A DNA stretch of 64,000 bases from the human T2T-CHM13v2.0 reference genome, Homo sapiens: NCBI RefSeq assembly GCF_009914755.1, contig NC_060945.1. One strand, written 5' to 3'. Under the pieces are notes generated by a model. That model searched no databases. It was not told where the DNA came from and saw only the letters and a list, made by a program, of their open reading frames with translations. The translations under genes and the position numbers were made by a program. Of this stretch, positions 1 to 15,560 are shown in pieces. Positions within the stretch are counted from its first letter, which is position 1. Every line of letters begins with the position of its first letter.

Positions 1-847
1 TAAGAGAAGCGATACCAAAGGCAAATGACCATTTTTTTTCAGTAGCTGCCCTTCAACATTTAATTGGCTTATTAATAATAGCCATATTCAGCAAATCATC
101 TCATTAAGTTACCTAGGGGAACGTTTTGCAACTAGATTATCTTAAATTGTTCCCTAGGCATTTCAACCTTTGTAAATTAGACACTCTACAGATATGCATA
201 CTTGAGATTTTGATGCCAGGGGAGTATTTGGTAACACCCACTTTAATTTTTTTCCTATTCCCTAGGAATAGCAATTAGGGGATTAAAATGCCTTCTTGCC
301 TAATGTTGAAAGGAAAATGTAATTGATTTATGCTGGGAACATGTTAGAGCTCCCTTTGGTTTCTTATACTATCAGCCCAAATACTTAAAATGATGGAGGG
401 CCCTTTAATTTATCATATTAAGGGCTTCAACAAATAAGAGCTAAATGATTGTTAATTTACAAGAGACTGCCTTGTGTTTGTACAGAAGTTTCACCTTAAA
501 TGTCTAATTTCCAAAAATGGTATTTTTGAAGGATTACCTGAAGGACATGACATCTATCTATCCCTCTAAAGAATACTTTTTTTTTTTCTGGGGTAATTAA
601 GGTCTCATTTTTTGGCTTATTTTCTGGCTCTTTCACCCACATCTTCACTCAGATACATAACAAAACTGAATTCCAAGTATTTCCACAAAAATATTTACTC
701 ACATCAACCACTTCATCGTTACATAGAAAGTACTGAATAGCTGAGGTAATGCCAGGGCCACAGGGACATGCAGCTGTCTGCTGCCTCATGGATCCCTTGT
801 CTTCATACCACCCTTCAGTGTCCTTGCCATACACCCCTTCCTTCCCA

Positions 848-1132
848 TATATGTGTGTGTATACACAATTTATAACTTATAAAAATACATGCTACATGTA
901 TATATGTGCATATTCATACTGAATATGCTATACATAGCATTTACAATTATATGTTGTGTGTGTTTGTGTGTGTATATATATACATACATTTAACATATCA
1001 TCTCAAATTACTTTTGGGTTGACTTTTTAAGCTTTTTTGTTCTATGTAGGTCTATATATATAACACATATATAATACATTATAATACATATATATAATAC
1101 ACATATATAATGCACATATATATATATATACA
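848..1132. repeat. TA/TG-rich microsatellite cluster
   Basis: (TG)n, (TA)n and acatatataat repeats. Confidence 0.75.
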
Positions 1133-3364
1133 CAATTTTTAAAAATTTATATGAAACAGCTACAGTGTTTGCTTATACATCTCCCAGTGATTATGCATCT
1201 AAGGCTTAAAATCACTGTGTTTCTTTTTGGATTTAAAGCTGTGTAAAAAACTGACACCTTCTTGTCATTAACTCAATTAGGACAAATGAAGAGAAAAATG
1301 GCGCTAGAGTGTATTATTTCCAGGAAGGGTGATATCACCTCCCCACTGGTGACCTGCCTAGCCCTTGACTTTATTAGGTATTATGTGCCTCCATTCCACC
1401 TTCTCATTTTTCAAAGGCCTCATGTCTTTCTTCTGGGCTGGTTTGCAAACTACAACATGAGGGTATTGCACATGTCTTGGTCACTATTGTGTTCATGCCT
1501 TCTAGAAAGTCCTCACTAATCAATTAACTGAATAAATAATTGATGAATGAGTGGGTGAAGACAGAGGGTGTTGTGATAGCTGTGGCTTTTTAGCATAGCT
1601 GCCCTAAGCATTTCAAAATTGCAACTAGGTTTCTTTCTTAACCTTACTGTCCATTGATTAACTTAGAAAAGTTACAACCTCTCTTCTCAGTTATTCCATC
1701 GTTCATACATCTCATAGTACTTTAAGTAGTACTGGCTACAGGCCATTTTTATAAAAACAGATATTCCTGAGTTTCAAAAATCAAGGCAAGTGCCTCTTGT
1801 GTATATTGATAACTTGTAGTGCTTGTTCATTTAAAACCAGGGCTTCGTTAGGGGTTCTAATATCTTCATTTTTACACGAAATAGCAAAACAGGCCAAACT
1901 TTTCTGTTCCTTTGTAATGGAAGTTCTATGTCACCAAAAAGTTTATTTCCTTTGTAATAAAAGTTCTGTGTCACCAAAAAAAATATTAACTAGAAAAAGA
2001 GAATACTAGTATGTTATCAAAATTACAATGTCTTCTTGCCTCCTTCTGAAGGACACTCCATGTTTGAGTACTGTCAATTTAATGCAATCATGAATTTAAC
2101 TTTCACAATTATATTTTAGAGAACAAATACTTAATTGTCACCAAAAATGGAGAATACATCGTTATTCTTTATACTCAAAGAAGCAGTGTTAAATTGTGGC
2201 TCAACATAGAGTAATACAGGGCTGAGCTATGAGGTTAAAAGACATGTCTGCATCTATTGTTATAGACAGGCTGTAATTTATTTATATTTATACCCTGGGA
2301 AAGTGAGATTTGCAGTTGCAATGATAGATTATTAGATACATGATTTCAGAGAAAATGTTTCATTTCCATACAGTTTTTATGGAAACAGTTATATCCTAAA
2401 ATCGCTGTTATTTTTTTAAGTGGTTATGATCTCTAAGGCCCTGAAATACACAACTTACTCAATTTTCCTCATTGCTTTTCCAAAAACCTGACAGAAGCAG
2501 CTGCTACCATCACTTTTGTTATAAAGAGAAGGAAGACAAGCCAGAAAGGTTAAGGAAGCTTTCTGTGTTTAAATTTTTAATACATGGCACAACCCAATAA
2601 TCACACTGTTTTAGATAATTTAATTTATAATTGTATCAATTTATATTTCATTAGTAATTGTAGTTCTAATGGTAATTTTTTCAAATAAAGGGAAATTCAA
2701 ATGTCATATGGTCAAATTTATATTTTAGAAAAAGAATGAGATAGTATTTAAGTGTAGAATGTTTGAGAATAGGATGGCGTTGTTTTATATTCTTATGCTA
2801 ATGATATATTTAAAACTTAGTAATTTTGTTTGTATATTATTTTATGTCATAAAACATCATAGTAGTAAAAAATACCAGTGATAATATAAATCTATCATTC
2901 ATATCCAGACTTTATTTCAAGATACTTTATCTTTCTTCCCCCCAAAAAACTTTAACAATAGTCCCTGGCAATTCTTTTAATGGACATACTAAGTTTTTTC
3001 TGTGTATCATGTTTCATTTTCCCATTCACATAATGATGAATAATCAACAAAATGGCCAAAAAACTAACTGATATATGTGAAATAAAAAAAAAAATCCTAA
3101 TGGAGGTAAATTGTCAACCACTGAATAAAGGATTAATGACAAAACCACTTTTTGGCTAATATAAACAACATTATATTTTATATAGAAAAATGTTGGAAAT
3201 AATACTGGCTTCATTGACACAGCAACTTCATGTATCCCTGTGCCTATGAAAATTGTTCCAATATCCAATATAAGTATATTGTTCCAATTCCAATATAATT
3301 TTTTTAAAAAGGTGTCACTTTAGTGTATGGATATTTACAAACTGCATTTTTATTGCTTTCACAG

Positions 3365-3545
3365 AAAGATAAGGAAGACCAATGGCTAGAGAAAAAAGTG
3401 CAAGGAAATAAAGACCACATCATTTTGGAGCATCTCCAGTGGACCATGGGGTATGAAGTTCAGATTACAGCTGCCAATAGATTGGGATATTCTGAACCGA
3501 CAGTTTATGAATTCAGCATGCCACCAAAGCCCAACATTATTAAAG
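3365..3545 (+). CDS. NCAM2: NCAM2 internal exon (probably exon 15): C-terminal part of second fibronectin type III domain, [60 protein letters not shown](D)
   Basis: Acceptor ttgctttcacag|AAAGAT, donor AAAG|gtaagc; 181 nt, phase 0 to 1; FnIII motif [14 protein letters not shown]; matches my recall of NCAM2 protein. Confidence 0.97.
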
Positions 3546-5375
3546 GTAAGCAAAACTATATTCTTTTTTAGACTGAACAATAAATATGATACCACCTTTT
3601 TATAACCCTTACTGACTTTTCTTATTAATAATTAAAACAAACTGAAATGTAAATTCCAGGTTCTAATTATTATTGTGACATATCATACACAAAGTTTCTC
3701 ATCGCTCTTGCCATAGGGTATTGCTTAATTTGTAAATATATTTTGACCCCATTAATAGTTGGAGTGGTGGAGAAAGAATGACTAGGAGAACATAGAGAGT
3801 AAGAGTGACTGATGATAATCAACGTGAAAAGTGTCTATTGAGGCCATACGAAAGCTTTGCTAAGAAGACAATTTCTCTGCCAATCATGTGGAGACTGATG
3901 ATCCAATTCTTGTTAGATTTGACCGAAGGTAATGATGAGCCAACCTATGCCTGACCAAGCAAGTTGATTTTGGAAACATAAAATTAGTCACAAAGAAAGG
4001 CAGGAACAGCCACAAATATAATTCCATAAAGACCTATACCTAGAGTTTTAAGAAGGCTCATAAAATGGGAGAACACTGTAAATCAGCCTTTGCAACACAC
4101 TGGTTAGATTCTACCATTGATAGGTAACAGTGCTTACATTGTTACATCTTAGTATGTTAGTAATATTATGAAAGTTCACAACAGGGATGTTAAAACTTTT
4201 ATTCAGATAAATGCTCTTGAAGTAAAGATGCAAAAATTTATTCTGACTCAAAATAACATTTAACTCTGTTCATGAGTTGCTAAATTGGTCATATTTCTAC
4301 ATTTATTTTCCCTCAGTTATTACTTTTAATATTTTAATTTTATGCAGACATGTACAGATATTTATGTATATATGGTATATTCTTTATAGGTACATATATA
4401 CAGAAAAGAACAGCATATTAATCCATGAAACCAAGATTTATTTGTCTTATTATATTAGAGTATAAGTATAGATATATAATATTTTTGAAACTGGAAAAGA
4501 AAACTAGCTAGTTCAGTCATGTCATTAAACCCTCTTGTAATTTCAAATTGATGTTAATTTCACATATTATGATTTTGTTATATCATACATCAGTTGTTTA
4601 GTAATTGAAAGCAGTTTTATATGATTAATCTTTCAATTAAAAAGTAATTAGTATTGGTTATAAGGTTTAAAAAGTAATTGATATTAGAGCTTTATATTGC
4701 TAATGTTAATAAATTCTACCAAATTATAATTTAAAATTAGGAAGTAAAAAGTCCCTGGAAATAACACTGGTATGTTACATTTTAAGGACTTTTTTTACTA
4801 TTTTCAAAGCCCTTCTGCATTGATTATGTCATTTTATTCTTAAATCTGAGCTGGATAAGGAAGCATTATTCTCATTTTACAAATATGATTTTAAGAGGTT
4901 TAATGACATGTTGGAGGTCAGAAATATTTCTAGTTATATGACAAATCTGATGCCCTTACAAGATAACACATCTAAATAAGAATGACTGAATGTACTATCG
5001 AATTCATTACCTCTCTATGTTTGAAACATCAGAAACCACTTCTACAATTGTAATGAATACGTATGTGGTAATTATATTTCATGCAAATATCAGGAACATG
5101 CTATACGTATTCCCATACTGAGCCAGAGCCTCCTCCAAAGGAAAATTGCAACAGTATATACTATAATCTCCCAAATTTTTAATTTAGTGTATATATTTTG
5201 AAACATAATGAATTAACTTAATCCGTTTAATTTAATAATGTATTAAATTTAATATATGAAGTAGAAGGCAAAATTTTAATAACATAGATAAAACATAAAA
5301 TCAAAAAAATAGATTTTACACAGATTACTAAATGTTATACCCCCAATGACTCTGCTATCTTTGTAAGAAATTGTT

Positions 5376-5731
<356 letters not shown>

Positions 5732-5989
5732 TTAAAAGGTAATAAAAGCAGATATGAAGGCACCAAAGTAACCAAGACATGCTGTAATTCATTTCCTCTC
5801 TCTCTATATATATATATTTTTCAATTTGAGAAACTCGTGTCCTGAGAGCTTTGTAGGCAAGACCTGGAAAGAAAATGGATAGAATTCTGGTTTATATTCC
5901 CAGATTTGTTCCTGTCACATAACTTGTCAAAATAACTGTTTCCTCATCTCTAAAGTGAGTTCCTTCTGGTTCTGCAATGTTAAGATCTA

Positions 5990-7670
<1,681 letters not shown>

Positions 7671-7868
7671 GAAAAAGCCAGTGTTAGAAGGTCTTTTATG
7701 ATGAAAAATGCTAGATGAAACAAATCAAGGAGTCGTGGAGCAATCACACATACAGGCACACAGACAAAGCCATCTGAGAAGGTAGGAGATGGTATTCACC
7801 CCTCTAAACCATGTAGCTGATACAAAGCCATCACAACTTATCAAAAAAAGGGGAAAATGAAATATTTA

Positions 7869-8203
<335 letters not shown>

Positions 8204-10360
8204 TTACTGTTACTGAATCCGGATTGCTAAGGCCTCATAGAAAGTCATATCAGAAACAAACCATAAATTAAGAATTGTTTGATTTAGATCTAGGTTTTGT
8301 GAGGCAATTTTAAAGGCTGTGATGATGGGGAATTTGAGAACCTTTCAGATCTTATAGAGTTAACATTATATATTTGCAAAATATGAAAAAAGATCATATA
8401 ATTTTATAACATTTTATTTTTCATTTTAAAATGAAATATAAATTCAAACATATTAGAAATAAGTTATCTGTAATAAACTAGCACATCTTAAGTCTTTTCA
8501 TTTAAGTTAGAGAAGATATAGAGTTTAAAGGTTAAAGTGGTTTTAATTTATTTTTATATTTCATGCATTGTAGACTGTCAAAATAAGTTTTCTGGAATTT
8601 TGAATTTAAAAACCCATTACTTATGTATATTAGATATATTTAACTTTTTGTAAACAATAGGGTAAGTCTAGAGAACATTTATTTGTTGGACTAAAGCACT
8701 ATTTTTTCGTTTTTTATCAACCTACTCCCTTTACATTCATATAAAATATTACATTGATAACAATAATTTTTCTTGTAAGTATGCTAGTGGATACTACATT
8801 TCTTCTTAGTTTATAATTATTAAAAAATAATTTTGTAATTAATATTTTTCATTTTTTCTTATTAAAGATGTACTTATTTTGAAAGATATGTATTTTGATT
8901 TATTTAAAATGGAGTTTCCATAATCAATCGTGTTCCTTTTCAGAATATTCATGCAGCATAACTCCATCTTATTTTATTTTATAAGAAACAAGAATATTGG
9001 GAAACTATAGCAGATTAATTGTTATAAAATGACTACCAAACTATGGATTTCAAGGCTGATAGCATGGCATTTATTGATTTGTTCTGTAATCTTAATGACT
9101 AAAAATACTACTAAACTTCTGGACTGGATATAATCTAATGTTTAAAAAAATCCTTGGAAATAAATAAACTTACTTTGAAAAACATTTTCACCATTTCTTT
9201 TGGCCTGCCACATGTTTGATAACATTTATATTTAACCAAAAAAGACGTTAGTATCTTTCAGTAACTGCTTCCTTCTTTTCCTGAAGACATGTCTAATTTT
9301 AATATTGACTATCAATATAATTTGATGACAATAATTCTGTTCAACATTTTTTATATTCAATGATAAAATAATTCTGCCCTCTGGGAACATGTAATGCATA
9401 CATAATACATACAAAATAGTTGTTTAGATTTAACAAGCTAAAAAAAATAATATAAATCACCACAAAAAATATTGCTAAAATATTTCAGTTACTTTGTATT
9501 TTCATGGGCTTTTAATTTGTACTTCCAATGAACTATACAGTAAAATTATTTTGATCACCTCAACTCTAGTTTCAAGCAACACTAATAAATCCTTCATCAC
9601 TAGATAATTCAACATGAACAGAAAACAACTTTCAAACACATGGCAAATATGAAAATATTATTTTAGGATTACATTTATGGTTGTTTTAGAACATAAGTTT
9701 AAAAATTCTAAAACAATGGTGAAATAGAAGTCCAATTACCTGGGGAAACTTCATCTTAACCCTCTGGAATTTTCAGTCTAACCTAAATATTGATACTACA
9801 CCTGCAGCAGCATTTAGTTTAGCATGTAGTGAAAAAGTAAGTCTAAAAAATATTTTCATAATCTTTGGTTCCTAAAATTGTTTTAAAAGAGATGCAGTGA
9901 CATATGTCTGGAGTTTGCTTATGGCCAATAGGTTAATGCTTCTAGCTTCTATGCTTATTGCAAATTTTAATTATGTGAATATGCAATTTTCACTTATATT
10001 TGTTGGTAGCTTGTTTATTATTAAAATAGAATGGCTTTTATTAAATATATCCTAAGAAATTACGGTAGAAAAAATTACCATCAAACATTGTGGGATATAT
10101 TGAGATCATATTAAAAGTAGCACTGTGAATTCACCAATAGCACAGTGAAATGACTGGTGACTTTTCCCTTGTAATTTACATTTTCAACTTATAAATGAAA
10201 GATATTCACATGTAAGGGATCAGTGACAGAATTAATTTCTGAGTAATGCAGAATAAACATCAATATTGACCTTTGTATGTTTTTAATATGTGACAATACA
10301 TAGAAATGTTTTATACAAGATTTTAGCCATTCTTGTTTTGTATGAAAGTATTTTTTGTAG

Positions 10361-10528
10361 GTTTGCATTAATTGTTAATGACTTTGTGTAAATCTTGCAT
10401 TAATTATTCTTTTTTCTTTCCTACTGTCACGTTTTTTCTCTTTTGATTTCCTCGTTTGTAACTCTACCCTTTATTTTCTTAATTATTTCATTCTTATTCT
10501 ATTTTCAAAAACAATTTTCATCATGCAG
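10361..10528 (+). promoter_or_regulatory. Extended polypyrimidine tract / AG-exclusion zone of the GPI exon acceptor
   Basis: No AG dinucleotide from 10361 to 10526; T/C-rich; TCAT repeats next to the acceptor. Confidence 0.7.
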
Positions 10529-10635
10529 ATAAATGCTGTGAAGCGAATAAAGGCGAAAATGGAAGCCAGTCGTGGCAGCTGAATGCTGCTGGGTTTTCTT
10601 TCATTATAGCCATAAGTTTGTCTTGCGTGTTTTAA
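10529..10635 (+). CDS. NCAM2: NCAM2 alternative terminal exon (coding part) encoding a GPI-anchor signal: (D)KCCEANKGENGSQSWQLNAAGFSFIIAISLSCVF*
   Basis: Acceptor tcatcatgcag|AT, phase 1 matches the upstream donor; open frame to TAA 10633-10635; small-residue NGS, spacer and hydrophobic C-terminus; closely resembles the recalled C-terminus of the short GPI isoform of mouse Ncam2/OCAM. Confidence 0.9.
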
Positions 10636-12095
10636 TGTCATTGTTATATCATATGGTATATCCTCTTATGCCCTGAAAATTAAAAAAAAATAGTAATAGC
10701 AAGGCTTATCTAAAATTATAATAAAATATTTCCTAAGGTCCAATTAATTATGCATGTATCTTCACCCATGAATGATTAAGCTTTTTCTCCTTCCCCCAAT
10801 TATCAACCTTTTAAGTGGATAATTTGTCAGAAAATCAAATGAAGGAAATTCAATCGGGATTGCTACTTTCAGCTACCAGTTCACTGCATAACATACTTTA
10901 TTCTAAATTTTCCATTAATTCCTAAAGTTGACCTTGTTAAATAGCATGTCACTTGTACTTGAAACTTAAGCCTTTGCTACATCTAATCTTTCATTATTAT
11001 TTTGCAAATAATTAAATATCCATGGCCATACTTTTTAAAAATCATAATTTTATTATGTAGAATTGTGGATCACTACTATTGTTTTTTTTACTGTTACTTT
11101 TAAGTATAAGTTTCCAACTTTATGAACATTTCTAATATTTCAATGTGTTTACCATTTATATAAAACATAAGCATTATATTTTATTAGATGTGTATCCCAA
11201 TTGTGCTGCTTATTTTCCCTTTGTTGAACCAAAATGTCTTAAGGAATAAATGTGAAACAGTTTCCTATTTTAAATTTGAACACCGATTAATTTTTTTCAT
11301 TAAGTGAAAATATCTCTGCAATTTTCCCAGAATGAATGTTAAATTAAATTTGTATATGTCTAAAAAGTTACACCCAATTCACTGGATTTAGATTACATTT
11401 TGAGCTGACCTCAAGTCCTATTGTTCTAACATAAGTAGTTATTTATTACATTTTTCTGGACATCTGGTAGTCAGAATTCTTGCAAGCATTAGAGAGAGAG
11501 AAGAAAATATTATAGACACTCCTTTAAAGAAGTTGAAATCAAGATGGGAAGAAATTGAGATTGGAACTAGATTCCAAATTTCAAAGGAATTTCGATTTGA
11601 GGGAGTAGCATGAAGAATGATTTTTGGTCTTTGCAAATTTTCATTATGTGAATATGCAATTTTCACTTAAGTAATCTTTACCTAAGTAATTTCAAAACAA
11701 GTAAAGAGTGTTTGTGTTTTTCACTTGCAACCACATCTTAACAAGTGACTTTTACTACTTATTTATTTAGGACAATAGGAAACAACCAGATGTACATATA
11801 TGCATAAAAGTGACCATAACATACTTGGTAAATCAAATGATTGGGTTCTGGACTCTGTGATTCATTCATCAAAAGCTATCATTTTGTTGAACAGAAATAT
11901 TTTTCGTGTCTCTTTTTAAAGAGATAGCTACAGAATCTTTTCATATGAGGGCTAGGCCTCTCTTTCATAGTAGATTTTCTTTTAACTTATCTTTTCCAAA
12001 CTCCTAGCTGTCAACTGCTATCCTTTCTTGTAATCTAGTAATAGACCTGTAGACTGCAGAAGCAACCCATCAACCGATAAAACACACTTCTGGCC

Positions 12096-12479
<384 letters not shown>

Positions 12480-15044
12480 TTATAGGGCAAGTTTTGTTTT
12501 TAAATCACCATAACCAATATTCCGTTTATTAAATAACTATCATTGCATATTAAATTTCTCGATATTTGAGACTGAAGAGTTTATATTGGTTACTAATTTG
12601 TAGAAGGCGTTGATAAAAAGATTTCTAGTAACACCTCCAGAAACTGTTTTTTACATTCATTGTAACCTTACTTGATCTTTCCAATAAATTAGAGACATTT
12701 CTGTGAGAATTTCATGTAGAAATGATCTTGACTTAGGAATGACAAAATATTTTTTTGGAGATCACGGAATACTTATTTAGTAAGTTAGTGCAAAGTTTAT
12801 TTATCTTGAAGTTTTACATATCATAACTCAAGGTCACTAAGTGATATAAAGAACATTCAAAGTGAGGTATACACAGAAATAAGATACATCAATTTGGCAT
12901 TTTGAAAAGAACCTAATATTAAAATTATGTTAGCAGAGTTATATACATTTAAAGAGTTGTTTGTTAGATTTTAAGCATCTAAGTGTGGATCTAGTTTTAG
13001 TCCTAAACTTTATAAGCAGTCTGTCATTTGGCCAAATGTTTATTCTTACATGAACACCTATTTCACAACTCTGAGATACACATAAATTCTTTTAAAAATA
13101 TTCTCAGAGATGGTAAAATAATAGGCTTTGTGATCTGCCTTATTTCTCTAAGAAATTAAAAAGTACAAAACTAAACAATAAAGCTATTGCATTCCAATAA
13201 ATAAAACCTTAGACATTTTACATCCTAGGATTTTTTAAAAGTTTTAATGTGTTGCTGAGTTATCTTTTATATTATCTGAACAATACTGTTGTTATATGCA
13301 GCCATAAAAATCAGACAGTTTACTTGTTTATTTTAAAAATGAGTTTGTTACTTTTTTGGCTTTACTATTATTTCATCTGTCTACCCATCTAAGTAAATGT
13401 GATTACTGGTAAGCAAGACATAAAAATTTAAACTTATTTTAAGTATCTTCCTAGTACCATCCAATGATTTTTTTTTCATACAATGGAGTTTTACATAAAA
13501 TTCTGTCTCTGAAGATGTATAAATTTGAGCTTGTGTGTTGAGTGTAAGATTAGTCATTATATATAATCAGAAATATATGTCTATGTCCAATGGTGTGTGT
13601 ATTGTATCGTTCACTGTTAAAATATTTCAAAAGATTGTTTTGACCGTATTACCAGTTATGAAGCTAGATTGATTTACTTATGCATGATTGCCATTATCTG
13701 CATGTGGAATATCAGGATTTTTAAAATATAGATCTGGATATCTCCTTCTTTCTCCTCCCAATCTCTTCTAGTCTGTCTTCTTTCCTCCATTTTACAGTCA
13801 ACGTTACTGGCCTCTCTACCCCAATCAAAACTATAATTACTCATCAGTTCACAGTAAGACCCACAAGTACCATGTTTCAGATATGCTAACAGAGTAGGCC
13901 TAGGAGGTAGCAGTAAATTCTTTCCTATAAAATGTATTCTTACGTGGAAAAACCTTAGGTGAGTTGCTATTTTTGTTCATTTCTTTCCTAATACTATAGG
14001 TCATTAGGACGGACTAAGTTTAATTTTATAAACTCTATATTCATATTATTTCCAGAAGCATTTTGCAAATGCACATATATGCCTTCATTCCTGGTATACA
14101 TGAACAAGATTGAAATTAAAATATGTAAACATTTTAAATATGCCTATCTATAGAAGGGGTTAGATTGATGTTTAATATATATGCAATTTTCACTTACATA
14201 TAGCAAATACATATAAAGACAAATAATTTTATTGCAAATAAATTTGACTTTTTAAATATTCAAGTTCTTTTTAAATTAACAAAGTTACAAGTATGCATCC
14301 TAGTGCACATGTTACACACAATAATATGCAATTTGTGTCAATTGGGAAACCATTATAATTAATTATAATATTTTCTGTGTAAGAATACTCATTCATTATG
14401 TTTGAGTTAAATTAAAGCTAAAACAAGAAAAATTCCAAAGTAGTTTCAACCACGTACAATTAAATTTATGATTAGTCATTTATGTTAAATGAAATATATT
14501 GTACAAGAAAGAATTAAACCATGAACTTTTGGATCTGGAGGTATTCTTAGATACATAAAAATAATTTTAAATATTAATATGGTATATTTACCCTGATAAT
14601 GGAGAAATAAAACCTTAAAATTACAAATTATTTTAATAATTCAAGATGGATACTGATATCAATACAATAATACAATATATTTGGGTCTAGCTTTCAAGAC
14701 TAATAGCCAGTATTATGCATGATAACATTTGAGTTTGTAGTAATTAAGAAATATCCCTAGTCATGTAAAGTTTTCTTTAAAGGTTTAAATTTGATATTAA
14801 TATGATATAAGCAACATTAAGAGCTTGAAATGATCAATTCTGGTATTAAACTAAATATTATCACATATATTTTTGTCTGGCCTTGTAGTATTATGATTTC
14901 ACTCACTGAATAAAGATAAACTATAATATTGATCATACCTAAATATGTAACTTTATGTGTTTTATTATGATTAATCTGTGTAAGAGATAATGTAACATCC
15001 TTTAAATGATCTTTTAATAAGTCCAATTTAATTATGTTTTCTTT

Positions 15045-15370
15045 TTCTATTTTAATTTTTATTTATTTATTTTTTTATTTTCTTGAGACAGACTCTTGCT
15101 CTGTCGCCCAAGCTGGAGTGCAGTGGCCTGATCTCAGCTCACTGGCACCTCCGCCTCCTGTGTACAAGCAACACTCATGCCTCGGCCTGCCTAGTAGCTG
15201 GGTGTGCTACTAGGCGTGCAGCCACCACACCTGGCTAATTTTGTATTTTTAGTAGAGGCAGGGTTTCACCATGTTGGCCAGGCTGGTCTCGAACTCCTGA
15301 ACCCAATTGATCCTCCTGCTTCAGCCTCCCAACATCCTGGAATTACAGGCGTGAGCCATGGTGCCCAGCC
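15045..15370 (-). mobile_element. Older Alu (AluS/J-type), antisense
   Basis: T-rich tail then tgagacagactcttgctctgtcgcccaagctggagtgcagtgg ... gtgagccatggtgcccagcc. Confidence 0.9.
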
Positions 15371-15399
15371 TCATGTTTTCACTTTTTTAAAATTTATTT

Positions 15400-15560
15400 T
15401 CTTTTATCCTTTCTTACTTTCTTCTAATGCTTTATTTTTAATTTTCTCCCTTTTTCTCTATTTCTGTCTCTTCCTCCTTTCTCTTTCTCTCCATTTCTCT
15501 CTTTTGTTCTGTCTCTCTCCCTCTTTCTCTCTTTGTCTCTCTTATGCTTCCTTTCTAAAT
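15400..15560. repeat. TC-rich polypyrimidine simple repeat
   Basis: Almost purely C/T sequence next to the antisense Alu. Confidence 0.8.
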
